From contig PTKZ01000006.1 in NCBI GenBank assembly GCA_002938205.1, forward strand, positions 4,805-68,804: 64,000 bases of DNA. The letters are read 5' to 3'. Each line of letters starts with the position of its first letter. The stretch's first letter is position 1. Of the stretch, positions 10,117 through 18,865 are shown in pieces. Below the pieces are notes generated by a model. That model saw nothing but the letters and a program-made list of their open reading frames with translations. It did no database searches and was not told where the DNA came from. A program made the position numbers and the translations under genes. The stretch is from Alphaproteobacteria bacterium MarineAlpha5_Bin5. Lineage in GTDB: Bacteria; Pseudomonadota; Alphaproteobacteria; HIMB59; GCA-002718135.

Positions 10117-11367
10117 ATGAGTGAAAAAAAAAATCCGTCTATATTTACCCCTGTATTAATTGGTGGTAGTTTAATTTTACTTATAAGCTTTGCAATACGT
10201 TCTACTTTTGGTTTATTTCAAATCCCAATTGCAGAACAATTTATGTGGGCACGTTCGGAATTCTCACTTGCAATAGCTATACAAAACTTAGCTTGGGGTA
10301 TTGGAACTCCAATTTTTAGTGCATTTGCAGAAAAATTTGGTGACAGAAAAGCAATCACAGTCGGTCTTTTATTGTATGCGCTAGGTGTTTTTATCAGTAG
10401 TACTGCATCTTCACCAGAAGCTCATCAATTTTTAAATGTAATAATAGGTTTTGGAATTGCAGGTAGTGGTTTTGGTCCTATATTGGCTGTTGTTGGGCGC
10501 TCTTCATCTCCAGAAAAAAGATCTCTAGCTCTTGGAGTTACAACTGCTGCGGGATCAGGTGGACAAGTAGTAGGTCCTCCTCTAGCCGCTATACTTTTAA
10601 ATACAATGCAATGGTCTTCGGTATTTATTGTTTTTACAATAATTAGTTTGCTAACTATAATATTAGTTCCTCTATTAAAAACTACCCCAACAAAAACTAA
10701 AAATAAAATTGAAGAAAATCTTAGTGATGCATTAATTGATGCAGCAAAAGATCCCACCTATATTATGCTATTTTTAGGATTTTTTTCTTGTGGTTTTCAA
10801 TTAGCTTTTATTACTGCTCATTTCCCTGCATTTATAGCTGAAGCAAGTAGTCCAATTATACAAGGAAGTCTAATCAGTTTTGTTTGTAATTCTGTTACTT
10901 CGTTAGGTGCTCTTTCAATAGCTTTAATTGGTTTATTCAATATAGCAGGTTCAATAGTTGCTGGAGCTATGGGGAAAAATTTTACTAAAAAATATTTACT
11001 TTCAATAATTTATACTGGCCGAACAATCGCAGCAATATTATTTATTATGTTACCAATAACTCCAAATTCGGTTGTAATTTTCTCAATTGTAATGGGTTCA
11101 TTATGGTTAGCAACAGTGCCTCTAACTTCAGGAATTATTGCATATATTTATGGACTAAAATATATGGGTACTCTTTATGGAATTGTTTTTCTATCTCATC
11201 AAATAGGTTCATTTGTAGGTGTTTGGTTAGGTGGTTTATTTTATGACATTTATGGAAGTTATAATGTTGTATGGTGGGTTGGTATTGGGGTTGGTGCTTT
11301 CTCAGCAATTATACATTTACCTGTTAAAGAAATTCCATTATCAGAAAGAAAATTAAAAATAGCATAG
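10117..11367 (+). CDS. MFS transporter
   Basis: A 416-aa protein with ~12 hydrophobic segments in a 6+6 layout around a central hydrophilic loop. This is a family-level call only. Confidence 0.7.
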   Translation: MSEKKNPSIFTPVLIGGSLILLISFAIRSTFGLFQIPIAEQFMWARSEFSLAIAIQNLAWGIGTPIFSAFAEKFGDRKAITVGLLLYALGVFISSTASSPEAHQFLNVIIGFGIAGSGFGPILAVVGRSSSPEKRSLALGVTTAAGSGGQVVGPPLAAILLNTMQWSSVFIVFTIISLLTIILVPLLKTTPTKTKNKIEENLSDALIDAAKDPTYIMLFLGFFSCGFQLAFITAHFPAFIAEASSPIIQGSLISFVCNSVTSLGALSIALIGLFNIAGSIVAGAMGKNFTKKYLLSIIYTGRTIAAILFIMLPITPNSVVIFSIVMGSLWLATVPLTSGIIAYIYGLKYMGTLYGIVFLSHQIGSFVGVWLGGLFYDIYGSYNVVWWVGIGVGAFSAIIHLPVKEIPLSERKLKIA

Positions 11368-11395
11368 TGTTATCTTATGGTATTTTTTCTTTCCT

Positions 11396-11596
11396 TTGAC
11401 TTTAATTTTATCAAGTTCTCTAGGGTTTTTTTTAACTAGTTGGACTTTTGCTCCATTTGTATGGGTATTAATTATTGTGCCCATAATTGATTTAATTTTA
11501 TCCAATTTAAAAAAAGAAAAGCAATTTAATTATACAGTTATGATAATGATATCTCTAGTTCTTCCAATATGGTTTAAAATAAAGAATCAAAAATAA
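11396..11596 (+). CDS. hypothetical small membrane protein (TTG start); possibly non-functional
   Basis: A 66-aa ORF with two hydrophobic segments and no recognisable RBS. It lies at the left edge of the accessory patch. Confidence 0.25.
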   Translation: MTLILSSSLGFFLTSWTFAPFVWVLIIVPIIDLILSNLKKEKQFNYTVMIMISLVLPIWFKIKNQK

Positions 11597-11683
11597 AATA
11601 ATTTAATCAATGTAAAAATAGTTAATGATTTTTCAAAATAATAAAGTTTGAAATTTTTTTAAAAAAAATATTTATTTAGTTTA

Positions 11684-12553
11684 TTAATCAACTACAATTT
11701 CCTTATAAATATTTTTGATAATTGAATCTTCTATCATTGAAACAGTAATTTTACTCATACATTTTTTACAATGATCACACTCATGAGAAAAAACTCCACA
11801 TGGAGATCCTTCAATATCTATATAGATATTATCATGAAAATCATAACCAGTAACTTGAGGAGTTATCCACCCTCCAAAAATAATTACTCCAGGCTTATTT
11901 AGTGCGGCAGCTGCATGTCCAAAACCACCCTCAGGTCCAACATAGATATTACAAAATTTCATTACTGAACAAGCTTGTCTAAAATCACTATCAAAACTAA
12001 AAATCCCATTGTACTTATTGCTTTTTTTATGAAGAGGTTGAATAATTAAATAATTTTTTTTTAATTTCTCTACCAAGGATAGCCAATTTTGATGGCCCCA
12101 ATCTTTATTAACATGCTTAAATCCCATTCTTGGGTCGTTTATTTTTAAAGACGTTGTTTCTATAAATATAATACCCTTATACTTATAATTATAATTTTTA
12201 TTCCAAAAAGATTTAGAATCTTTAAGTATTTTTTTTGCATAAACTATCTCATTTTTAGAGAAATACAATTCTCCAGGCGTAGGTTTAAAATTAAAATTCC
12301 AAATATTTTTTCCTTTAACAGTTTTCCCCCAATTTATATGCGGCCTATTTCCAGGATGGCTATTAACAAAATAAACTGCTTTATTTTTATCAATTTTTTT
12401 TGGATCCATAATAATATTGGGATTATTTAAAAAAATTATTGATTGAGTTATTATTTTTTTTTTAAAATTACCAACAACTATCTGTCTATCAGGAAATTTT
12501 TGTTTTTGTATTTTGGCAATTCCAGTTGCCATTAATTCATCGCCATAACCCAT
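11684..12553 (-). CDS. glycosyltransferase family 9 (heptosyltransferase-like) protein
   Basis: N-terminal GYGDELMATG and C-terminal VGPEGGFGHAAAALNKPGVIIFGG resemble the GT9 DSGPMHLAAALG.P motif. Confidence 0.55.
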   Translation of the reverse strand: MGYGDELMATGIAKIQKQKFPDRQIVVGNFKKKIITQSIIFLNNPNIIMDPKKIDKNKAVYFVNSHPGNRPHINWGKTVKGKNIWNFNFKPTPGELYFSKNEIVYAKKILKDSKSFWNKNYNYKYKGIIFIETTSLKINDPRMGFKHVNKDWGHQNWLSLVEKLKKNYLIIQPLHKKSNKYNGIFSFDSDFRQACSVMKFCNIYVGPEGGFGHAAAALNKPGVIIFGGWITPQVTGYDFHDNIYIDIEGSPCGVFSHECDHCKKCMSKITVSMIEDSIIKNIYKEIVVD

Positions 12554-12782
12554 ATTATAATAAAGTTTTCATTTAATTATACAATATCCAGTTGAAGATG
12601 TAAAAATTTTTAATTTTAATTTATTTCAAAAGTAGTAAAGTATCTTTTTATTATGTAAAAATATTTAGAGCTATTATGAAAAAATTTCATTTTTTATCTA
12701 TAATCTACTTATTATTATGATTTTTTTTAATAAAAGATTTAATATTTGGACAAAAAATTTGTAAAAACAAAATTTAATTGAA

Positions 12783-13658
12783 GTGGACCTTATCATAAGC
12801 ACCTTAAGTTATTTAATTGTTTATAATTTAAATAATAATAAGTGGTACACAGTTCATAAAAATGATGGTCCTTATTATGGAATAGCACAATATAAAAAAA
12901 ATATTATAGTGGGAAAAAGGAATGGTAATAATTTAATTAACTCTTATGCAACTTTCTTAGTTTATGATTATAAATTCAATTTAATTGAGGAATTAAACCC
13001 AACTCTTCCGATTAGAGATTTACATGGAATTATGGTTCTTAATGATAATTTGTGGGTAACTAGTACATTCGATAATATTATAGGTATTTATAACTTTATT
13101 AGCAAAAAATGGCAATGTTGGAAACCAAGTAAAAAGAAAAATGATATTAAAGAAATTAATGCAAAATTAATAAGCAACATACTAAAAAACAAAACTAAGG
13201 GGGACAAACACTATAATACAATTGGTTTTAATAATGGTTATTTGAACTTAGTTGCTCATAATTGGGGTAAAAGTGAAATATTTTTTTATAAATTAAATAA
13301 TTTAGAGTTTTTCAAAAAAATATATCTAGGTCAAAAGTCACATAATATCTGGTATAATAATAATGAAATATTCACTTTATCTTCAGATACTGGAGAAATA
13401 ATATCTTCTGAAAATTTTAAACTAACCATAACTGAATATCCGAGAGGTTTTGCAAAAGGCAATGATAGAATCTATGTAGGAGTTAGCACTAAAAATAGTT
13501 TACCTGGGAAAAAAAGGGATAGATATAATAGTTCCTTTTATGTTGTTTCTTACAATCATGATTTTAAAGACCAAAAAAATTATTTTTTTAAAAATCTCGG
13601 TGATATAACTGATATATTTTTTTCTAAAAATCTAGAATATAAAAAATCTAGAATATAA
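12783..13658 (+). CDS. hypothetical protein, possibly DUF4915/TIGR03032-like repeat protein
   Basis: GTG start, 291 aa. Spaced segments (DLHGIMVLNDNLWVTST, DKHYNTIGFNNGYLNLVAH, SHNIWYNNNEIFTLSSDTGEI, YPRGFAKGNDRIYVGVS) match my memory of that family's pattern. This was not checked by search. Confidence 0.4.
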   Translation: MDLIISTLSYLIVYNLNNNKWYTVHKNDGPYYGIAQYKKNIIVGKRNGNNLINSYATFLVYDYKFNLIEELNPTLPIRDLHGIMVLNDNLWVTSTFDNIIGIYNFISKKWQCWKPSKKKNDIKEINAKLISNILKNKTKGDKHYNTIGFNNGYLNLVAHNWGKSEIFFYKLNNLEFFKKIYLGQKSHNIWYNNNEIFTLSSDTGEIISSENFKLTITEYPRGFAKGNDRIYVGVSTKNSLPGKKRDRYNSSFYVVSYNHDFKDQKNYFFKNLGDITDIFFSKNLEYKKSRI

Positions 13659-13721
13659 ATTGATATGATTATCTCATTCAATTAAAATTTAACAGTATTA
13701 GAAAAAAAATTTTCAGTTTGA

Positions 13722-13831
13722 GTATATTGTGATCTGTAAGGCAATATAAAAACTTAAGATAAATTTTTTGGCAGTTTAATTGTCCTGCCCAGCGAGATTC
13801 GAACTCACGACCCCCAGATTAGGAATCTGGT
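13722..13831. repeat. 110-nt direct repeat, copy A (tRNA-Arg downstream flank plus degenerate 3' half of the tRNA)
   Basis: It aligns by hand to 15359-15468 with 9 mismatches in 110. Confidence 0.9.
13781..13831 (-). pseudogene. orphan 3' half of tRNA-Arg(CCU): anticodon stem-loop, T arm and a mutated acceptor strand, no CCA
   Basis: tgtcctgcccagcgagattcgaactcacgacccccagattaggaatctggt compares with the intact gene at 15418-15468. Homology stops on the 5' side of the anticodon stem. Confidence 0.85.
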
Positions 13832-13978
13832 CTTACCTCCTGTGATTTTTTTATTTTCTTAAATACTTTGGTTTTTACTCCTCCCGATTGTTTAAATTAA
13901 TGCAAAAATACATGTGCAGTGTGACAGGAGTGTGGTCAAAAATTTTACTAACTTTTAAAAAATTTCTCTTCTTTAAAT

Positions 13979-14899
13979 TTAAATAATTAGTTCTGAAATT
14001 GCCTTAATATGTGAAGGTTTAATTTCACAACAACCTCCTAAAATTGTTGCTCCTTCATTCATAAAATTTTTAACAACATTAAAAAAATGTTTTTCGTTTA
14101 AATCTTTATTTATACCTAATATTTTATTTGGGTTACCTTCTGTGCCCCAACTATCTGCTGATGTAACGACATAGTTATCAGGAATTTTGTTAAAGGCATT
14201 CAGTTTAAAGCCATAAGGTAAATTAAGTGTTTTTAATTCATCTTTTACTAAATCGTAAGCTGTAGGTGAAACACAAGCAGTTAGAATTCCAAGCAATTTG
14301 TCATGCTTAAAGTCATGAACAATCTGTGTAATGTTTTCTCCCGACGGTAACTTTCCATTATCTTTTACATGCACTCCTACTAAAACTGGCAAATTATATT
14401 TATCAATTGACTCAAGAGCAATCTCACATTCTATTCCACTGCCCATCACATCTAAATAAAAAAAATCAATATCATCTTTAAGAAAAAAAGCTTGTTCCTT
14501 AAATCTTAATGTAACTTCTTGTAAATCATCTCCTAAATTTGCACTGTAGGTTTGTTTTTGATTAGGCAGTCCTCCTGCGATAAGAATATTTTTTTTAGAT
14601 ATATCTCGAGCTCGTAAAGCAAGCTCAACCGCCTTTTTATTAATTTTTTCAAAATACTCTAGACAATTATTTTGAATTAATCTTCCTTTCCTGGAGGTGA
14701 AAGTATTAGTAACAATTATTTCTGCTCCAGAGTTTATAAAATCAAGATGTGTGTCAATTATCAGCTGATGATATTCTTCTTTAATTAATGCTTCGGCAGA
14801 CCAAAGAGTTCCGCGTGGCTTCAAACCTCGATTTAGAAGTTCTTGTCCCATGCCACCATCTAAAATTCTTGTTTTTAAAAAAAAATTTTTATCCACCAT
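13979..14899 (-). CDS. homocysteine S-methyltransferase family protein
   Basis: DGGMGQEL, VTNTF and the C-terminal GGCCEIKP zinc-ligand Cys pair fit the S-methyl_trans domain pattern. Confidence 0.8.
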   Translation of the reverse strand: MVDKNFFLKTRILDGGMGQELLNRGLKPRGTLWSAEALIKEEYHQLIIDTHLDFINSGAEIIVTNTFTSRKGRLIQNNCLEYFEKINKKAVELALRARDISKKNILIAGGLPNQKQTYSANLGDDLQEVTLRFKEQAFFLKDDIDFFYLDVMGSGIECEIALESIDKYNLPVLVGVHVKDNGKLPSGENITQIVHDFKHDKLLGILTACVSPTAYDLVKDELKTLNLPYGFKLNAFNKIPDNYVVTSADSWGTEGNPNKILGINKDLNEKHFFNVVKNFMNEGATILGGCCEIKPSHIKAISELII

Positions 14900-14988
14900 A
14901 ATTTATTACTATTTTAACAAGATAATTATAAATTTAATCTTTGTATATTAATATCATACATATAATTTAATTCTAAAAGGAGATTGAT

Positions 14989-15339
14989 ATGGCTTTTAAA
15001 TTATTCAATCAAATCACAAATGAAGAACTACCTTCTATGGAAGTTGAAGGGGTTAATGCTTATCTTAAGGATTTTTCTGTTTCACAAGACTCTAATAAGC
15101 CTATAACAAGTGGCTTGTTTCGCTTAAAAGCCGGTGAATCACTAAAATATACTTATACTTATCATGAAATGAAATTCATAGTTGATGGAAGCTTTACTTT
15201 AGAAGATGAAACTGGACAAAAAGAAACTGTAAAAGCAGGTGATTTGCTGTACTTTCCAAAAGGAACAGAAATGACATTTACAACAGACGACTTCGGTTTA
15301 GGATTCTTTTGTGGTCAACGAGGTGAAGGAGAAGCATAA
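14989..15339 (+). CDS. small cupin-domain protein (DUF861/EutQ-like)
   Basis: A 116-aa single beta-barrel pattern (HEMKFIVDGSFTLEDETGQKETVKAGDLLYFPKGTEMTF). There is no obvious HxH metal motif. Confidence 0.5.
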   Translation: MAFKLFNQITNEELPSMEVEGVNAYLKDFSVSQDSNKPITSGLFRLKAGESLKYTYTYHEMKFIVDGSFTLEDETGQKETVKAGDLLYFPKGTEMTFTTDDFGLGFFCGQRGEGEA

Positions 15340-15358
15340 AATAATTTCCTCAGTGTGG

Positions 15359-15468
15359 GTATATTGTGGCCAGTAAGAAAATATAGAAACTTAAGATAAA
15401 TTTTTTGGCAGTTTAATTGGCGTGCCCGGCGAGATTCGAACTCACGACCCCCAGATTAGGAATCTGGT
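15359..15468. repeat. 110-nt direct repeat, copy B (downstream flank plus 3' half of intact tRNA-Arg copy 1)
   Basis: See copy A at 13722-13831. Confidence 0.9.
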
Positions 15469-15494
15469 GCTCTATCCTACTGAGCTACGGGCAC
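15418..15494 (-). tRNA. tRNA-Arg (anticodon CCU), CCA encoded
   Basis: The reverse complement is GTGCCCGTAGCTCAGTAGGATAGAGCACCAGATTCCTAATCTGGGGGTCGTGAGTTCGAATCTCGCCGGGCACGCCA. It folds by hand into a cloverleaf: acceptor GTGCCCG/CGGGCAC, D stem GCTC/GAGC, anticodon stem CCAGA/TCTGG with loop TTCCTAA, T stem GTGAG/CTCGC with loop TTCGAAT. Confidence 0.9.
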
Positions 15495-15640
15495 TGCTTG
15501 TTTTTCAAAACTTTTTCTAGTCCGACTGAACTTTAAAAAGTTCATGGTACCACCATTTTTTCAAAATAACATATATTACAGAGAATGGCGATGGATTTAC
15601 TATCAACATTCCTCGTGGTTGGTGGTAGAATAAGAATGAA

Positions 15641-16636
15641 ATGAAAGTTGATTTAAATAAATGGTACAGATGTAAAGTTGATAAAGAAACATATAAAAGT
15701 TTAACAAAAAAATCTGATTATCTTGGTCTGAGACATGTTTTGACCTGGTTGTTTTTTTTAATTTTGATTGGTTATTTTGCTTTTATAACTTGGGGTACAT
15801 TGTGGTCTTTTTTTTGGTTTTTTATATATGGAAATATATTTATGGCATGTGACCCAATTCGACATGATTGTCAGCACAATTTAGCCTTTAAATCAAAATG
15901 GTTAAACACATTTTTTTACCAATTAACTTCCTTTATGTTTAGTTATGAACCTGTGCGTTGGAGGTGGAGCCATTTTAGACATCACAGTCATACTCTATCT
16001 GTCGAAGGAATTTATGATCACGAAATACAAATTACTAAACCTACTGATTTATTCTTAGTTCTTTTAATGCATATTCCTGGAGGAAATATCTTAATTATTC
16101 ATAAAACTTTTCTATTTTTTCATTTAGAAACAATTAAACATGCTATTGGAATAGTTACACCAATAATGGAAGATTGTATCCCGGCAAAAGAAAGATCTAA
16201 ATGTTGGGTTTCAGCTCGAATTCATGTTTCTTTATGGATTTTAATAATAAGTTCTTCATTTTTCTTTCAAACTTGGCTTCCTGCACTTTACTTACTTTTA
16301 CCATTTGTTTATGGAACTACATTTATGCAAACCATACATTTTATGCAGCATGCAGGTTTAAAAAATAATGTGAAGGATCATCGTTTATCTGTGAGAACAG
16401 TTAAATTGAATCCTATTTTTAGCTTTTTAAATTGGAATATGGAATATCATTTGGAACATCACATGTTTCCAACTGTTCCTTCTTATAATTTAAAAAAATT
16501 AAATAAAGTTATAAAAGATCAATTACCAAAACCCAAAAAAGGGATATTTGATGCTTATAAAGAAATTATTCCTACTTTAATTAAACAATCAAAAAACCCT
16601 CATTATATTTTAAATGTAGATTTGCCCAAAACTTAA
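15641..16636 (+). CDS. fatty acid desaturase family membrane protein
   Basis: Three His boxes (HDCQH, HFRHHSH, HLEHHMF) are interspersed with TM segments. Confidence 0.8.
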   Translation: MKVDLNKWYRCKVDKETYKSLTKKSDYLGLRHVLTWLFFLILIGYFAFITWGTLWSFFWFFIYGNIFMACDPIRHDCQHNLAFKSKWLNTFFYQLTSFMFSYEPVRWRWSHFRHHSHTLSVEGIYDHEIQITKPTDLFLVLLMHIPGGNILIIHKTFLFFHLETIKHAIGIVTPIMEDCIPAKERSKCWVSARIHVSLWILIISSSFFFQTWLPALYLLLPFVYGTTFMQTIHFMQHAGLKNNVKDHRLSVRTVKLNPIFSFLNWNMEYHLEHHMFPTVPSYNLKKLNKVIKDQLPKPKKGIFDAYKEIIPTLIKQSKNPHYILNVDLPKT

Positions 16637-16707
16637 CAAAAATTGGAATGAGTAACTTATAGCAGATTAGGAATCTGGTGCTCTATCCTAGTATTAAATA
16701 TGGACAC
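16621..16707. repeat. 87-nt direct repeat, copy 1 (about 42 nt of non-tRNA sequence plus the 5' half of tRNA-Arg)
   Basis: It aligns by hand to 18866-18952, sharing tttg..caaaacttaac and aatga..taa.ttata blocks followed by the tRNA 5' half. It includes the desaturase stop codon. Confidence 0.7.
16663..16707 (-). pseudogene. orphan 5' half of tRNA-Arg(CCU)
   Basis: cagattaggaatctggtgctctatccta is a 28-nt exact match to the intact genes. The remainder, up to ..tggacac, is degenerate. Confidence 0.85.
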
Positions 16708-16709
16708 GA

Positions 16710-17561
16710 TTAATTCATCTGAATATACATAGATGTCAGTAAATGACTTTGATTAAGATAAGGAAAATTATTTTTTAAAATATCAAAATAATATAATTGC
16801 AAATATTTTCCTGCATAGATTATTTTATATCTATTATTATACAATAAAAAAGAATGGACCATATAACTTTCATTCCAAAATGAATTTCTTTTTTTGTTTT
16901 CTATTACATCTTTTGAATAATTTTTTGGAAAATGAATATCATGCCAGTGAATAATTGCTCCTTTATTTTTGATAATGGGAATAACTTCTAATATTTCAAA
17001 GTTAACATCACTTTCAAATTTCGAGATATGAGATGAATCAATAAATAGAAAATCTAAATCTTTAAAAAAGTCTAATGGCATATCTTGTATTTTTTTATTA
17101 ATAATTTCAAAGTTATCACTAATTTTTGATTTAAAAATTTTATTATATGGATTAATAGAGAATAGATTGCCCTCAAATCCTTTTTTTTTATTTTCATTAA
17201 GTGCTTTTAAAATAATTTTTGTAGTATCGCCTGATCCAATTTCAACAATTTTTTTTGGTTTTTTTTGTCTTATAAAAGCATACAGCATAAATGAATCTAC
17301 TAAAGAAAGACCATCATTTTTATAAGGGATGAATTCATGTGAAAAATTTTTACATAAAATATTAATATTAGCTATTTGATACTTAATATTAAGATTAACA
17401 CCATCTGTTTTGAATACTTTTTCGTAATCTTTATTTTGAATTTCATATAAATCAGGAATTGGAGAATAAAAATGTGCTCTAGTAATATGAATTTTAAAAT
17501 ATTTTTCAAAAAATAAAAAAATAAAATTATAAATATTTAATATTAATTTTTTCATCATCAC
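16710..17561 (-). CDS. class I SAM-dependent methyltransferase (CmcI/Methyltransf_24-like)
   Basis: Motif I is IVEIGSGDTT, and LFIDSSH followed by GAIIHWHDI is typical of that subgroup. Confidence 0.6.
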   Translation of the reverse strand: MMMKKLILNIYNFIFLFFEKYFKIHITRAHFYSPIPDLYEIQNKDYEKVFKTDGVNLNIKYQIANINILCKNFSHEFIPYKNDGLSLVDSFMLYAFIRQKKPKKIVEIGSGDTTKIILKALNENKKKGFEGNLFSINPYNKIFKSKISDNFEIINKKIQDMPLDFFKDLDFLFIDSSHISKFESDVNFEILEVIPIIKNKGAIIHWHDIHFPKNYSKDVIENKKRNSFWNESYMVHSFLLYNNRYKIIYAGKYLQLYYFDILKNNFPYLNQSHLLTSMYIQMN

Positions 17562-17646
17562 CTCAATATATCGTCTACTTTTAAATGCATATACTAAAAT
17601 TCAGTGAGGCATGGATAGAGTCGACTGGTTAATTGTTATTTTTTAC

Positions 17647-17720
17647 CGTGCCCGGCGAGATTCGAACTCACGACCCCCAGATTAGGAATCTGGTGCTCTA
17701 TCCTACTGAGCTACGGGCAC
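17647..17720 (-). tRNA. tRNA-Arg (anticodon CCU), second copy identical to 15421-15494; CCA not encoded
   Basis: The 74 nt are identical to copy 1 from the discriminator to the 5' end. The 3' flank reads GTA instead of CCA. Confidence 0.88.
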
Positions 17721-17886
17721 GCCTTGTACATGCTAGATAATTTCAACCTTAGAGATTTACCATTTAAATTTGAGTATCACATAAGTACCACAAATCTAAT
17801 TGTGAATTTATCATAAGATTTATTATTGAGCGAGTTTGTTTTATTTAATTCACTCTTACGTAAGAGATCAGTGTAAAAAATAGAAG

Positions 17887-18744
17887 TTAATGAGTCATTT
17901 TATTAAAAACATAAGTATTAAATAAGTATTTAAGAAATGTTAAAAGATAAAAATAATTACTTTTTTTTAATATATTTTTAATTCTAAAACTTTTAACTCC
18001 CAATGGAAAAAAAGGGATAAAGCAAGTACCATGATAAGAATATTTTACTTTTTTAAAATTATTATGTTTTAAATTATTTAATATTTTTTCTAAATTTATG
18101 TCATTAATATAGTAATCCATATAATAAGATAGTCTTTGAATATTTGAAGGAGAGCTAATTTTATTAACACCGTGAAATGAAACTGCCGAATGTATAAAAA
18201 TTATTAATCGATTTGGTAGGGGTTCAATTTTTTTAATAATATTTAAACCACATTGATCGAATAGCAATGTCTCCCCTCCCCAAGATTTTTCCCAAGTTGG
18301 AGAACAATAGTAAATTGCATTTGCAATATGCAAATCTCCATATTTAGAATGTGAATGATCAACATGAGAACCTAGAACACCTTCGTTGTTCATGCTATGA
18401 AAAGGGTAATAACCTCCATAATTTTCCCATTCACTCAATGATATTACTTTCATATCGCCAATAAATTTTTGAATTAATTTGATAAATGAATTACCTCCTA
18501 AAATATCTACTGGGTATCTAGAATATTTTGTAAGATCTTTATCTCCATAAACTTTTTTGTTTAATTCTAAGTATGTGCTAAAATTCTTCTTTATATTTTT
18601 TAATCCCCCTGCATTTTGAAATTCTTTATTTATACTTAAGAAAAGTTCTTCAGACAGGAAATTATCAATTACTACATGTGGAAATGGGTGGATATTCCAT
18701 TCTAAATTTAATTTTTCAATTTCTTTGTTCAATGTTTCAATCAT
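17887..18744 (-). CDS. 2OG-Fe(II) oxygenase superfamily protein
   Basis: GSHVDHSH supplies the HxD motif, with a distal His in SFHGVNKI and GGETLLFD between them, fitting a double-stranded beta-helix hydroxylase. Confidence 0.6.
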   Translation of the reverse strand: MIETLNKEIEKLNLEWNIHPFPHVVIDNFLSEELFLSINKEFQNAGGLKNIKKNFSTYLELNKKVYGDKDLTKYSRYPVDILGGNSFIKLIQKFIGDMKVISLSEWENYGGYYPFHSMNNEGVLGSHVDHSHSKYGDLHIANAIYYCSPTWEKSWGGETLLFDQCGLNIIKKIEPLPNRLIIFIHSAVSFHGVNKISSPSNIQRLSYYMDYYINDINLEKILNNLKHNNFKKVKYSYHGTCFIPFFPLGVKSFRIKNILKKSNYFYLLTFLKYLFNTYVFNKMTH

Positions 18745-18865
18745 AGATTAATGTTATTTATTAACTATTTACACTAACGCTGTTAAAAAGAAAGATAAGA
18801 TTTGTATTCTTATTTTTAAAAGAGGATGCAACTTTTTTTTGATATATGTTTCCAATAATTAAATT

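Noticed and set aside
11396-11596. The 66-aa ORF might be the N-terminal remnant of an AlkB or desaturase-type membrane enzyme (VLIIVPIIDLIL resembles the segment before the first His box).
   Set aside because: The similarity rests on a short hydrophobic stretch only. There is no His box and no downstream frame-shifted continuation that I could see. I kept it as a low-confidence hypothetical ORF.
13832-13932. An inverted 7-nt match (ctcctgt ... acaggag) ~80 nt apart, to the right of the first tRNA fragment, as a possible structured RNA.
   Set aside because: The stem is too short, the intervening sequence shows no further pairing, and such a match is compatible with chance.
14900-14988. Possible SAM-type riboswitch upstream of the homocysteine S-methyltransferase, or of the cupin.
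   Set aside because: The 89-bp divergent spacer is almost pure A/T with no GC-containing stems or pseudoknot-capable segments, so it is too short and unstructured.
17853-17866. A perfect 14-nt palindrome, CTCTTACGTAAGAG, about 20 nt downstream of the 2OG-oxygenase stop.
   Set aside because: It is most simply a transcript-end hairpin for that gene. There is no second copy in the window and no T tract to support a stronger call.
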